Positions 1 through 9,906 of a DNA stretch of 64,000 nt are shown piece after piece (the first letter of the stretch is position 1; every line of letters begins with the position of its first letter). Below the pieces are notes generated by a model that saw nothing but the letters and a program-made list of their open reading frames with translations, was not told the origin of the DNA and made no database searches. Location: contig CAVVPN010000004.1 in the NCBI GenBank assembly GCA_963750165.1, forward strand, positions 736,001-800,000, read 5' to 3'. Source of the DNA: an uncultured Gemmataceae bacterium. Its GTDB lineage: Bacteria; Planctomycetota; Planctomycetia; Gemmatales; Gemmataceae. A program made the position numbers and the translations under genes.

Positions 1-1731
1 GGCCATCGCATTCCCATCTGGTACGCGCGCTGCCCCGAGGCGGAACTGAAGCGATCGTTTGCCGGCCGCGCGGACGTGACCTGGCGGCTCGACGAGGAGA
101 ACGGTCAGTGGCTGGTGTGCGCGCTGGAGATGGATTTGCCGGCGGACGCGCTGGGCACCCAGTATCCGCTGACGCAGGATCCGGACGTGCTGGACACGTG
201 GTTCAGCTCGGCGCTGTGGCCACACTCGACGCTGGGCTGGCCGGAGCTGACGCCGGAGTTGCGCTACTACTACCCAACGAGCGTGCTCGTGACCAGCCGC
301 GACATCATCACGCTCTGGGTGGCGCGCATGGTGCTGACGGGGCTGTACAACCTCGGCCAGGTGCCGTTCCAGCACGTCTACATCCACCCGAAGATTCTGG
401 ACGGCTTCGGCGACACGATGAGCAAGATGAAGGGCAACGGCATTGACCCGCTCGACATCATCGAGCGCTACGGCACCGACGCGCTGCGCTTCGGCATCGT
501 CAACATCGCGACCGAGACGCAGGACAGCCGTATGCCAGTGGCCAACGTGTGTCCGCACTGCGGCGCTTTGGTGCCGGTGAAGCAGGAGCACATGTACCTG
601 CGGACGCGCAAGTTGACGTGTCCGGAGTGCAAGAAGCCGTTCCGGCCCGGCGGCCCCTGGCCGAAGGAGGACGCCGAGTTGCCGACGGCGCGGCAGGCGT
701 CGGAGCGCTTCGAGGCGGGCCGCAATTTCGCCAACAAACTGTGGAACGCCGCGCGCTTCCTGCTGCTGAACCTGGAGGGCTACACCCCGCAGGCGCTCCG
801 GCTGGAGGAACTGCCCATCGAGGACCGCTGGATCGTGAGCCGGCTGGCGACGACCACGGCGGCGGTGACGCAGCAGCTGGAGGGCTATCGCTTCAGCGAG
901 GCGGGGCGGACGCTGTACGAGTTCGTGTGGTCGGAGTTCTGCGACTGGTACGTGGAGATGAGCAAGGGCCGGCTGAAGGATGTGGAATCCCGGCCGGTGG
1001 CGCAGCGCGTGCTGGCGGGCGCGCTGGACGCGATCCTGCGGTTGGTGCATCCGATCATGCCGTTCGTGTCGGAGTCGATCTGGCAGGCGCTGGCGGACGT
1101 GGCCTTCGAGCGCGGGTTACCGAACCCGGAGCCGGTGAGCGAGAGCGTGATGATCGCGCCGTGGCCGAGCTTCCCGGCGGCGTGGCAGGACGCGACGATG
1201 GAGGCGCGCATCGGCCGCATGCAGGAACTGGTGGGCGGTGTGCGCGAGGTGCGCAACCGGTACATGATCGAGCCGAAAACGCCGCTGCACGTGTTCGTGC
1301 GCTGCGGCGCCGCGGTGGCGGCGGACTTCAATCAGCTGCGGCCGTTCATCCTGCAGCTGGCGGGCGTTGGCGACTTCGCATGCGGGCCAGACGTGGCGAA
1401 ACCGCCGCAGGCCGGCGGCATCGTGCGGCCCGAGTTCGAGGCGTACGTGTCACTGGTGGGTTTGATCGACGTGGACGCGGAGGTCAAGCGCCTGGAGAAG
1501 CAGATCGCCGACAAGCGCAAGCACCTCACCGGCACCGAGGCGAAGCTGGCCAACAAGAGCTTCACCGACAAGGCGCCGCCCGAGGTGGTGCAGCAGCAGC
1601 GCGACATGGCCGAGGATTTGAAGAAGCAGATCACGACACTGGAGGCCAATCTGGCGGAGTTGCGCGCGGCGCGTGAGCGCCGCGCGCAACTCCGGGTGGG
1701 GTTTGCTACTTCTCCTGCACCTTCAGCGTGA
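1..1731 (+). CDS. valS: Valine--tRNA ligase, 5'-truncated by window edge
   Basis: Frame 1 from base 1 reads GHRIPIWY; also DVLDTWFSSALWP, TMSKMKGN (KMSKS-like), GRNFANKLWNA and a C-terminal coiled coil. Exact 3' end uncertain (the ORF overlaps the convergent gene). Confidence 0.97.
   Translation, partial: GHRIPIWYARCPEAELKRSFAGRADVTWRLDEENGQWLVCALEMDLPADALGTQYPLTQDPDVLDTWFSSALWPHSTLGWPELTPELRYYYPTSVLVTSRDIITLWVARMVLTGLYNLGQVPFQHVYIHPKILDGFGDTMSKMKGNGIDPLDIIERYGTDALRFGIVNIATETQDSRMPVANVCPHCGALVPVKQEHMYLRTRKLTCPECKKPFRPGGPWPKEDAELPTARQASERFEAGRNFANKLWNAARFLLLNLEGYTPQALRLEELPIEDRWIVSRLATTTAAVTQQLEGYRFSEAGRTLYEFVWSEFCDWYVEMSKGRLKDVESRPVAQRVLAGALDAILRLVHPIMPFVSESIWQALADVAFERGLPNPEPVSESVMIAPWPSFPAAWQDATMEARIGRMQELVGGVREVRNRYMIEPKTPLHVFVRCGAAVAADFNQLRPFILQLAGVGDFACGPDVAKPPQAGGIVRPEFEAYVSLVGLIDVDAEVKRLEKQIADKRKHLTGTEAKLANKSFTDKAPPEVVQQQRDMAEDLKKQITTLEANLAELRAARERRAQLRVGFATSPAPSA
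1655..1694. terminator. Perfect 18-bp stem hairpin between convergent genes
   Basis: CGGAGTTGCGCGCGGCGC-gtga-GCGCCGCGCGCAACTCCG. Confidence 0.6.
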
Positions 1732-2812
1732 ACGTGCCGCCCTTCTTGTCCAGGCTGGTCACGTAGACCCGGTACACGCCGCTCTCAGTGGGCTCGAACA
1801 CGATCCGCGCATCCGAGCCGCCGCCGCTGTCATCGTCAAACGCCACCTGCTTGCCGAAGCGATCCTCCAACCGCAGGAAGGCGTCAAAGTCCGCGCTCTT
1901 CAGGTCAATCATGTACTTCCGCCCGGCGGCCAGGTTGAACGCATACATCTGGTGCGGGCTGCTTTTCAACAGCCGGTCCTTCGGCGCGGTCAACGGGAGC
2001 TGTCGTTTGGCCTCGAACCGCCCGCCCTCCAGAGCCTCGGGGACGACCGGCGCCGACTCTCGGACGGTCAAGGTAAACGGACCGTCACCCTTCCAGCCGA
2101 ACGAGGACACCAGCAGGCGGTACTCGCCCGTGAACGGGGCGTCGAAATTGATCTGGGAATTCCGGCCGCCGCCGCTGTCGTCGTTCTCGGCCATCTTCTT
2201 GCCCGCGGCGTTGAACAGATACAGGTACGGGTCCAGTTTGTCCCAGTTCGGGCTGGTCAGGTCGATGACGTAACTCTTGCCGGCGGTCAGCTTCACCCGG
2301 TAGGCCACGCCCTTGGCCATGGGGTCCAGCTTGCCTGCGATCCGGAGGCCCACGGCCGGGTTGTAGACTTCCGACTTGAACTCCATGCTGTAGATGACGC
2401 AGTTATAATTTCCCAATCCGAAGCCGGCGGACACCATCTTGTACTGGCCGTCTTTCGGCGGCGTGTAGAACAGCATGGCGTCGGGAAACTTGCCCGCCTC
2501 GCCGTCGTCGAACGCCAGCTGCTTGCCGGTCGCGTCGCGGATGACCACGGCCGTGTCATAGGTTTTGCTGCTGAGCGAGAAGACGTACATCCGGTTGGCC
2601 GACAGTTTCACCTCGAACAGTTTGGCGGCGAGGTCCAACGTCTGGCCGTTGGCGATGTTGATCCGGACCTTCGGGTCGTCCTTCGTGAGTTGGCTCGCGA
2701 AAGTTGTCTGCTGTTTGTCCGGCTGGAGGACCGTGCCTCCCTGGGGGACGCCCTGGGCGACCACGACCCCGAGCCCCAGCAGCGCCAGCGCGAATACCAT
2801 GGACCGAGACAT
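1706..2812 (-). CDS. Secreted protein with three PPC (pre-peptidase C-terminal)-like domains
   Basis: Signal peptide MSRSMVFALALLGLGVVVA with AGGAGG RBS; three repeats of Y.IDL.S..D.YL.L...GK..A.DDDSGGG..A.I.F. Confidence 0.8.
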   Translation of the reverse strand: MSRSMVFALALLGLGVVVAQGVPQGGTVLQPDKQQTTFASQLTKDDPKVRINIANGQTLDLAAKLFEVKLSANRMYVFSLSSKTYDTAVVIRDATGKQLAFDDGEAGKFPDAMLFYTPPKDGQYKMVSAGFGLGNYNCVIYSMEFKSEVYNPAVGLRIAGKLDPMAKGVAYRVKLTAGKSYVIDLTSPNWDKLDPYLYLFNAAGKKMAENDDSGGGRNSQINFDAPFTGEYRLLVSSFGWKGDGPFTLTVRESAPVVPEALEGGRFEAKRQLPLTAPKDRLLKSSPHQMYAFNLAAGRKYMIDLKSADFDAFLRLEDRFGKQVAFDDDSGGGSDARIVFEPTESGVYRVYVTSLDKKGGTFTLKVQEK

Positions 2813-2890
2813 CCGTAACCTCCTGGCTAAAGGATCGATTTCGGGCACCCACCCGGAGCGCCGGGCGGGTGGGATGGTTTGTCCGACGGT

Positions 2891-4291
2891 TCACCGGGCG
2901 AAGATCGAAAACCGCCGGGGGACCGTCGCGGTCAGACAGTGGACGGCGCCCTGCTGAGGCGCGGTGATCGAGCAGTCCACGGGAATGATCCGCACGTCGC
3001 CGCCAAACGCCTGCCGGATTTTTTTGTACGCCGCGAACTGCGCGTACTGGTCCAGGAAGGGATAGTAGGGCACCAGGACGGCGAAGCCGCCTTTGTCGGT
3101 GCGGAGCGTGAGGGCGTTGAGCAGGGTCGGGTAATAGATCATGGTGGTGGGCGCCAGTTGCATCCCGTACAGGCTCGTCTCCACGGGCGGCAGCGACGGC
3201 ACCTCAATCACTTCGTAACCGAGTTTCTCCAGCCTGGCCTTGTTCTTCTTCATGGCCTGGGCCGCGAGTTCGGTCAGCACCCGGATGCGTGGGCTGGGCG
3301 AAAACTGGCTGGGGTCGTACGAGGCCAGCAGCACGCGCTTGCCGGTGGCCGGCAGCAGGAACATGTCCACGTGCCGGATCACCGGGCCGGGCAGCGCGTC
3401 GAGGTAGACGACCTCCTGCACGGCGAAATACTTCTTCATCTGGTCGGTGAAGCCGTTTTCCTTTTTTCGATTGCGCAGAATCAACTCTTTGGTGGTGATC
3501 AGGTGGCCGTCCGCCAAGCGGAGGAGGTTGCCGCCCTCCAGGTACAGGTCGGGTCGTTCGACCTGGATCGCCGCGCGATCCGTCACCGCCTGCATCATTT
3601 CGTAGGGGGAGAAGTCATCGTCACTGCGGTCGTTCAACTTGCCGCTGGCCAGGATTTCGTCCTGGTGCTTCAAAATGTTGAGCCAATCCTTGATGTGCTC
3701 CAACCGGGCATCGGGCCTGGTTTGCGGCAGCGTTCCGGTGGACAGGCCAGCCCCGCTCTTCGTCAGTTCCAGCCGCACCGTCTCGATCAACTTTTTCCGG
3801 TCCTCATTCACGGCCTTCCGCTGGCGTTCGATGGCCGTTTGATAGCGGATGTCCTGGTACTTGGAATCGACCAGGACGAAATCCTTGGCCCCGGTCTTGA
3901 TCTGCGGCCCGTAGTCGCGGACCCAGTACGTGTCGTGCGGGACGACGAAAAAGCGCAGGCGGCCCTCCTTCACGGCCCGACCCAGGGCCGGGTGATACCG
4001 GCTGAACGCATCGCGCACGCTTACGAAGTCGAGGTCCAGATCGATGAAGACCACGACGTCGGTGAACTCCAGCGCGGCCAGGGCGATCTCCTTCTGGGTC
4101 CGGGCGAAGTTCGGGGTGGGGATCAGCTTCTGATTGCGAATTTCACCGAGGGACAGCAGGACGACAGACGGCTCCTGTGCCTCGACATCGAGCGCCTTGG
4201 CGGCGGGCGGCTGAGCCTGGGCCGCCGCCGGCAGCGCCGGGATGGACAGCACCACGAAGGCGAGCAATGGGACGAGTTTGCGCATGGGCAT
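2891..4291 (-). CDS. Secreted agmatine/peptidylarginine deiminase family protein
   Basis: WVRDYGP, LEGGN, HVDMF and GAVHCLT catalytic motifs; N-terminal signal peptide; start at 4291 or 4285. Confidence 0.85.
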   Translation of the reverse strand: MPMRKLVPLLAFVVLSIPALPAAAQAQPPAAKALDVEAQEPSVVLLSLGEIRNQKLIPTPNFARTQKEIALAALEFTDVVVFIDLDLDFVSVRDAFSRYHPALGRAVKEGRLRFFVVPHDTYWVRDYGPQIKTGAKDFVLVDSKYQDIRYQTAIERQRKAVNEDRKKLIETVRLELTKSGAGLSTGTLPQTRPDARLEHIKDWLNILKHQDEILASGKLNDRSDDDFSPYEMMQAVTDRAAIQVERPDLYLEGGNLLRLADGHLITTKELILRNRKKENGFTDQMKKYFAVQEVVYLDALPGPVIRHVDMFLLPATGKRVLLASYDPSQFSPSPRIRVLTELAAQAMKKNKARLEKLGYEVIEVPSLPPVETSLYGMQLAPTTMIYYPTLLNALTLRTDKGGFAVLVPYYPFLDQYAQFAAYKKIRQAFGGDVRIIPVDCSITAPQQGAVHCLTATVPRRFSIFAR

Positions 4292-4307
4292 CTCTCCTAA
4301 AAAAGCG

Positions 4308-5603
4308 TCACAGACCAAACGGACACAAGCCGATCATGTGGCAGATCCCCGCGGCGATCATTCGCTGGAGTTCGCTCGGGGCGGTTTCGTAAATGGCCAG
4401 CAAGGTCGGGAGGTGTTTGCGGCAGCGCATCCGCAGCAAGCTAATGATGCTGTAGTAGCGCACGGCGTCCGCGGGGTCATTCTGGGCCGCCTTCGCCAGG
4501 TCGTCGGCAGCATCGCGGGCCTGCAGCATCCCCAGGACGAAGGCGGCAAAGTCGCGGATGACCGGCCGTTGCCGGGCGGTCGCGTCCGCGCCGGTCAGCC
4601 AGTTCCTGAGCTGCCGTTCAAGCGGCACCTTGCGGGCCTTGCCCAGTTCGCTCAGGAACTGGTGGACCGGGTTCACGTAGGCACGGTTGGCGACGGCCGC
4701 CGTGTGGTTGGCCAGGATGGCCTCCAGCAGACCGCAGGCGCAGAAGAAGAAAAACCAAAGTTCATCCGTCAGGGTGACCTCGTCCGGGTCAACGGCGCGC
4801 AACGGCCGGAAATTCGCCGGGGGCGGGCCCGGCACTTGCAGGGCGGCGTCGGCCCAGTTCGGTGCGGACTTGTCCAGAGACTTCCGGGTGACGCGGAAGT
4901 CGGCGTGGCTGCGGCCATTCTGGTAGCGCGCCACCGCGAGCCGGCCGAGGTGGGAGGTCAGGGCCGGGTTGCCCTCGAAGTCGTAGAAACGGCGGATGAA
5001 CTCGAGCAGGTTTTCGCCGAGGACGAGCGAGGACGGCGGCGGCGGCGCGGACAGCAATCCTTTCTGGCAGATGGCCGGCAGGGCGCGCCAGCGCTTGTAC
5101 CAGTCGCGGAGTCGTTTGCGGAAAATCGGGCGGAATTCGTCCAGAGTGGTGAATTTCCCAGGAAAGTGGGTCTTGGATTCTTCCAGGTTGCGCTTGAATT
5201 CCTGGACTTTCTCCCACTGCGCGGCGTCCGCGGCCGGCGCCGGGAGGTGTTTGAAGTAGAGGAGGACATCATCCAGCTGGCCCTGCGTCGCCCGGTCGGT
5301 GGCGATGCGCAACTCTTCCTGGAAGCCCGTCTCGCTGGAGGTGACGCTGCTGGGGGTGCCTAACCGGGACCACAACAAGCCGACGAAGAGTTCGGATTCT
5401 TCCAGGGCCGGGATGATCCGCCCCTGAGGCCGGCCAAACCCGTACGGGAGGTCGGTATCCCAGCGGTAGCTCTCCAGCAGGATCCCATCCCTGGCCGCCT
5501 CAACGCTGAGAACCCGAACCTCCTCTTCCACCACGTCCCGTTCGGGGACGACATCACCGGGAGAGGCGATAAAAACTTGCAGACGGAGGGCGAGTTGGGC
5601 CAT
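4308..5603 (-). CDS. DUF4062 (TIR/NDT-like) domain protein with C-terminal HEAT-like repeats
   Basis: VFIASPGDV..ER...RWD...PQ..I....ELFVGLLWSRLGTP....GF.EE; C-terminal AAFVLG/DPADAVRYY HEAT-like motifs. Confidence 0.75.
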   Translation of the reverse strand: MAQLALRLQVFIASPGDVVPERDVVEEEVRVLSVEAARDGILLESYRWDTDLPYGFGRPQGRIIPALEESELFVGLLWSRLGTPSSVTSSETGFQEELRIATDRATQGQLDDVLLYFKHLPAPAADAAQWEKVQEFKRNLEESKTHFPGKFTTLDEFRPIFRKRLRDWYKRWRALPAICQKGLLSAPPPPSSLVLGENLLEFIRRFYDFEGNPALTSHLGRLAVARYQNGRSHADFRVTRKSLDKSAPNWADAALQVPGPPPANFRPLRAVDPDEVTLTDELWFFFFCACGLLEAILANHTAAVANRAYVNPVHQFLSELGKARKVPLERQLRNWLTGADATARQRPVIRDFAAFVLGMLQARDAADDLAKAAQNDPADAVRYYSIISLLRMRCRKHLPTLLAIYETAPSELQRMIAAGICHMIGLCPFGL

Positions 5604-5863
5604 GATCGCCTGGGGTCGGAGGTTATTCGGAAGTAGACTTCGGAGACGTTTGGGCTACAGCCTTTTGAACTGAATCGAATACGGAACCGTTATTCAATCT
5701 GATGGTGATGGTATCACCACTATTCGGTTTTTCAACAAAAAAAATTCGGCGCGCCTGCGGCGGGTGTGGCCACGCCCCGATGCTTTCTGGTTGGTGGCGG
5801 CGCCGCGGTTCGCTAAAATGGTCGCAATCTCTTTGTCCCCACGGCACCCCGGAGGACTCTCCC

Positions 5864-7126
5864 GTGACCACGCGCCGCGATTTCCTGAAAACCACCGCCG
5901 CCGCGGCCGCCGCGACGGTCGCCCTGCCGGCCGTCCACGCCGGCGGCACCGATGTGCTCCGCATCGGCCTGATCGGCTGCGGCAACCGCGGCACCGGCGC
6001 CGCCACCCAGGCCCTGCGCGCCGACCGCCATGTCCGCCTCGTCGCCCTGGGCGACGCCTTCCCCGACCGGCTCAACGGCTGCCTCGACCAGCTCCGCCGC
6101 GACGCCGCCATCGCCGACAAGGTCGCTGTCCGGCCCGAGCACTGTTACGTCGGCTTCGACGCCTACCGCGGCGTGCTGCAGGCCGGCGTGGACGTGGTGC
6201 TGCTGGCGACGCCGCCGCACTTCCGCCCGCTGCACCTGCGCGCCGCCGTCCAGGCCGGCAAGCACGTCTTCGCCGAGAAGCCCGTCGCCGTGGACGCCCC
6301 TGGCGTTCGTGCCGTGCTGGCCGCCTGCCACGAAGCGCAGCAGCGGCACCTCGCCGTCGTCTCCGGCCTGTGCTACCGCTACAGCCGGGCCAAGCGCGAG
6401 ACCATGCAGCGCATCCACGATGGCGCCATCGGTCAGATCGTGACGCTGCACACGACCTACAACGTCGGCGGCCTGTGGGTGCGTGAGCGGCAGCCGCACT
6501 GGTCGGACATGGAATGGCAGATGCGCAACTGGCTGTACTTCACCTGGCTGTCCGGCGACCACAACGTCGAGCAGCACGTCCACAGCCTGGACAAGATCGC
6601 CTGGGCGATGAACAACCAGTATCCGGTCAAGGCGGTGGGCCTGGGCGGCCGGCAGTCGCGCACCGGGCCGGAGTTCGGCCACATCTTCGACCATCACGCG
6701 GTGGTGTACGAGTACGCGAACGGCGTGAAATGCTTCAGCTTCTGCCGCCAGCAGGACAACTGCGCCAACGAGGTGTCGGACTTCGTGTACGGCACGCAGG
6801 GCCGGGTGGACGTGCAGCGGCACCTCATCACGGGCCAGCAACCGTGGCGTTTCGTGCTGCCGCGCGGCCAGACGGACAACATGTACCAGAACGAACACAA
6901 CGAGCTGTTCGCGAGCATTCGCAGCGGCACGCCGATCAACAACGGCGACTGGATGTGCAAGAGCACGTTGATGGGCATCATGGGCCGCATGGCGACGTAC
7001 ACCGGTCAGGAAATCACCTGGCAGGAGGCGCTGAACTCAACCGAGAATCTGACGCCGCCGCGCTACGCATGGGGCCCGCTGCCGACGCCGCCGGTGGCCC
7101 GACCGGGTGAGACACAGTTTTCCTGA
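5864..7126 (+). CDS. Gfo/Idh/MocA oxidoreductase, Tat-exported
   Basis: TRRDFLK twin-arginine signal, IGLIGCGNRG, AGKHVFAEKP; GTG start after GGAGG. Confidence 0.93.
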   Translation: MTTRRDFLKTTAAAAAATVALPAVHAGGTDVLRIGLIGCGNRGTGAATQALRADRHVRLVALGDAFPDRLNGCLDQLRRDAAIADKVAVRPEHCYVGFDAYRGVLQAGVDVVLLATPPHFRPLHLRAAVQAGKHVFAEKPVAVDAPGVRAVLAACHEAQQRHLAVVSGLCYRYSRAKRETMQRIHDGAIGQIVTLHTTYNVGGLWVRERQPHWSDMEWQMRNWLYFTWLSGDHNVEQHVHSLDKIAWAMNNQYPVKAVGLGGRQSRTGPEFGHIFDHHAVVYEYANGVKCFSFCRQQDNCANEVSDFVYGTQGRVDVQRHLITGQQPWRFVLPRGQTDNMYQNEHNELFASIRSGTPINNGDWMCKSTLMGIMGRMATYTGQEITWQEALNSTENLTPPRYAWGPLPTPPVARPGETQFS

Positions 7127-7141
7127 GAGAAAAAGAACTTG

Positions 7142-7385
7142 GAGCGCGTTGCGTTCGGGTGTGGCGGGTTCTTCGCCCCGAAGGGGCGGGACAACTTAGC
7201 CCCGGGCAACGCCCTGGGGACGCCTGAAGGGGCACCCCAAGCGTTGTTGTGGTGCCCCTTCAGGGCACGGAAGAAAGCAGGGTAACAGTCGCCTCCCTGG
7301 TTCCCAGGGCGTTGCCCTGGGCTAAGTTGTCCCGCCCCTTCGGGGCGAAAGACACGACCGCTACCGTCGTCTGCGAACCGCTCTC
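7142..7385. repeat. ~240-bp palindromic MITE/REP-like element, family A copy 1
   Basis: Long internal inverted arms CGCCCCGAAGGGGCGGGACAACTTAGCCC.GGGCAACGCCCTGGG; near-identical copy at 50409-50640, partial copy at 35060-35153. Confidence 0.9.
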
Positions 7386-7480
7386 GCCACAGAGGACACA
7401 GAGGACACAGAGAGAAAATCAAAAGCCTGGGAAAACCCAATCTCTGTTTTTCTCTCTGTGTCCTCTGTGTCCTCTGTGGC
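7386..7480. repeat. Inverted repeat with ACACAGAGG sub-repeats
   Basis: GCCACAGAGGACACAGAGGACACAGAGAGA ... TCTCTCTGTGTCCTCTGTGTCCTCTGTGGC. Confidence 0.85.
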
Positions 7481-7517
7481 CAAGTTCTTTGAATTACTTG
7501 ACTGCAGGAGGCCAGCC

Positions 7518-7967
7518 ATGACCGTCCCCGACCGCCCGCCGCGCGTGCTCATCGCCGACGACAACCCGCAGGGCCTCGAACTGCTGGAGGCGTACCTCGC
7601 CGAGACCGACTATGATGTCGAGACCGCCGCGGACGGCGAGGAGACGCTCGCCAGGGTGCGGCAGTGGCAGCCCGACCTCATCTTGCTCGACGTGATGATG
7701 CCGAAGATCAGCGGCTTCGAGGTCTGCAAGCGCCTGCGCAGCGACCCGGCCACGCGCGACATCGCCGTGCTCATGGTCACCGCCCTCGACCAGCCCAGCG
7801 ACATCGACCGCGCCGTCGAGGCCGGCACCACCGACTTCCTGACCAAACCCATCAACAAGACCGAACTGCTGCTGCGCGTCGGCGCTGCCCTCAAGAGCCG
7901 CCGGTATAAAGAGCAGCTCGACCAGGCGCTGGCGTACATCGACGGCGTGGAACGGCCGCAATCATGA
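7518..7967 (+). CDS. Single-domain response regulator (receiver)
   Basis: VLIADD, LILLDVMMP, MVTA, FLTKP. Confidence 0.93.
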   Translation: MTVPDRPPRVLIADDNPQGLELLEAYLAETDYDVETAADGEETLARVRQWQPDLILLDVMMPKISGFEVCKRLRSDPATRDIAVLMVTALDQPSDIDRAVEAGTTDFLTKPINKTELLLRVGAALKSRRYKEQLDQALAYIDGVERPQS

Positions 7968-9153
7968 CGATCCCGCGTGTGGTGCTGCAGCCGAGGCGGG
8001 CCCGGCCGTTCTTCGGCCGCCATCCCTGGGTGTTTGCCGGCGCCGTTGCCGCCGTCGAGGGCGCCCCGGCCGACGGCGCCGAGGTCGATCTCGTTTCGCA
8101 CGCCGGCAACTTCATCGCCCGTGGTCTGTACAACTCGCACAGCAAAATCCGCGTCCGCCTCTACGCCTGGCAGCCCGACGTGCCGCTCGACGACGCCTTC
8201 TTCCGCAGCCGCTTCGAGGCGGCGTTGCGGCTGCGCCGCCACCTGCTCGGCCTGGACGGTCCCGGGCGCGCCTATCGCCTGGTGTTCAGCGAGGCCGACG
8301 GCCTCTCCGGGCTGACCGTCGATCGCTACGATCAACAACTCGTGATGCAGTTTACCGCGCTGGGCCTGGCCGAGCGCCGGCAGCGGCTGGCGGAACTGCT
8401 CGCGGACCTGCTGCGGCCGCGCGGCATCATCCTGCGTACCGAGCGCGGCGTCGGCAAGCTGGAGGGGCTGGAGTTACAGGACGGGCCGCTGTGGGGCGAG
8501 GCACCGAGCGAGCCCGTCATCGTGGAGGAGAACGGCGTCAAATTTCTGGTGCATCTGGCGGAGGGGCAGAAGACCGGTTTTTACCTGGACCAGCGCGACA
8601 ACCGCGCCGCGGTGGCCCGGCTGGCGGTGGGGCGGCGCGTGCTGGACGGCTTCTGCTACACCGGCGGCTTCGGTCTGTACGCCGCCCGCGCCGGCGCCAG
8701 GGAAGTGCTGGGCGTCGATGTGTCCGAGCCAGCGCTGGCGCTGGCGCGGCGCAACGCGGAGTTGAACGGGCTGGGCAACCTGCACTTCCAGCGCCGCGAC
8801 GTGTTCGACCAGCTGGACGCGCTGGTGGCGGGGGGGAGCGCTTCGGCCTGGTGGTGCTCGACCCACCGAAGTTCGCCCGTGACCGCAAGGCCATCGACGA
8901 GGCGCTGCGCGGCTACCGCCGGCTGCAACAGCAGGCGCTGCGGTTGCTGGAGCCGGACGGCGTGCTGGTGATGTGCTGCTGCTCAGGCCTGATTACCACG
9001 GCGATGCTGGAGGAACTGCTCGGCCAGCTGGCGGCGGAGGAACGGCGCGACATCCAGATTCTGGAGCGGCGCGGCCAGGCGGCGGACCATCCGGTGTCCG
9101 CGTCGTGCCTGGAGTCGAATTATCTGAAGTGTCTGATTTGCCGGGTCGGATAA
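7964..9153 (+). CDS. rlmI: RlmI-like SAM-dependent 23S rRNA m5C methyltransferase; frameshift in G-run ~8830-8836
   Basis: PUA-like [38 protein letters not shown]; continues in another frame with VVLDPPKF...YLKC. Confidence 0.85.
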
Positions 9154-9307
9154 TGACCTCATCCCTCCGCGCCGTTGTGGTATCCTGAAGAAAGAGTGCC
9201 ACGGAGGGAACTCATCTCGTTTCATTTCACAGACCCCCTGGTTGACCCTGGGGAGCCGGAGATTCCCTACCGATTGTTCCCACACCCCCAGACGCGGAAT
9301 CGAAGCC

Positions 9308-9748
9308 ATGCGAGCCCTGTTGCAGCGCGTCCGCCGTGCCTCCGTCCACGTCGATCAGGAACTGGTCGGCCAGATCGGCCCCGGCTTGCTGGTGCTGCTC
9401 GGCGTCACGCAGAGCGACACCGCCGACCAGGCCCGCTGGCTCGCGGACAAAATCGTTACGCTACGCGTCTTCGCCGACGAGCACGGCAAGATGAACCGCG
9501 ATGTAACCGAGAATGGCGGCGGCGTCCTCGTCGTCAGCCAGTTCACGCTCTACGGCGACTGCCGCAAGGGCCGCCGGCCCAGCTTCGTCGAGGCGGCGCC
9601 GCCGGAGATCGCCATCCCCCTGTACGAGGCCTTTATTGACGCGGTCAGGGCGCACGGCGTACCGGTCGCCACGGGCCGCTTCGGGGCCATGATGCAGGTC
9701 GAACTGGTCAACGACGGGCCGGTCACGTTGCTCGTGGACAGCAAATAA
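9308..9748 (+). CDS. dtd: D-aminoacyl-tRNA deacylase
   Basis: [26 protein letters not shown]. Confidence 0.97.
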   Translation: MRALLQRVRRASVHVDQELVGQIGPGLLVLLGVTQSDTADQARWLADKIVTLRVFADEHGKMNRDVTENGGGVLVVSQFTLYGDCRKGRRPSFVEAAPPEIAIPLYEAFIDAVRAHGVPVATGRFGAMMQVELVNDGPVTLLVDSK

Positions 9749-9906
9749 TGCTTTGCGGCGCACGGGTTTGTGTGGTAATCTCGCTGCCGACGCCGCGCGA
9801 CCGCCGGCGCCAGCCGCACCCCCGGGGGCATCTGTATACTGCCGTGAACGACCGCGCTGGGCGGGGTGTGCATCACCGTAACCTCCTCTCCGTGAGAGAT
9901 GCTTGC

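Noticed and set aside
1677..1731. Functional C-terminal extension of ValRS
   Set aside because: It runs through a hairpin into the convergent gene; an indel near the TGA at 1674 is as plausible.
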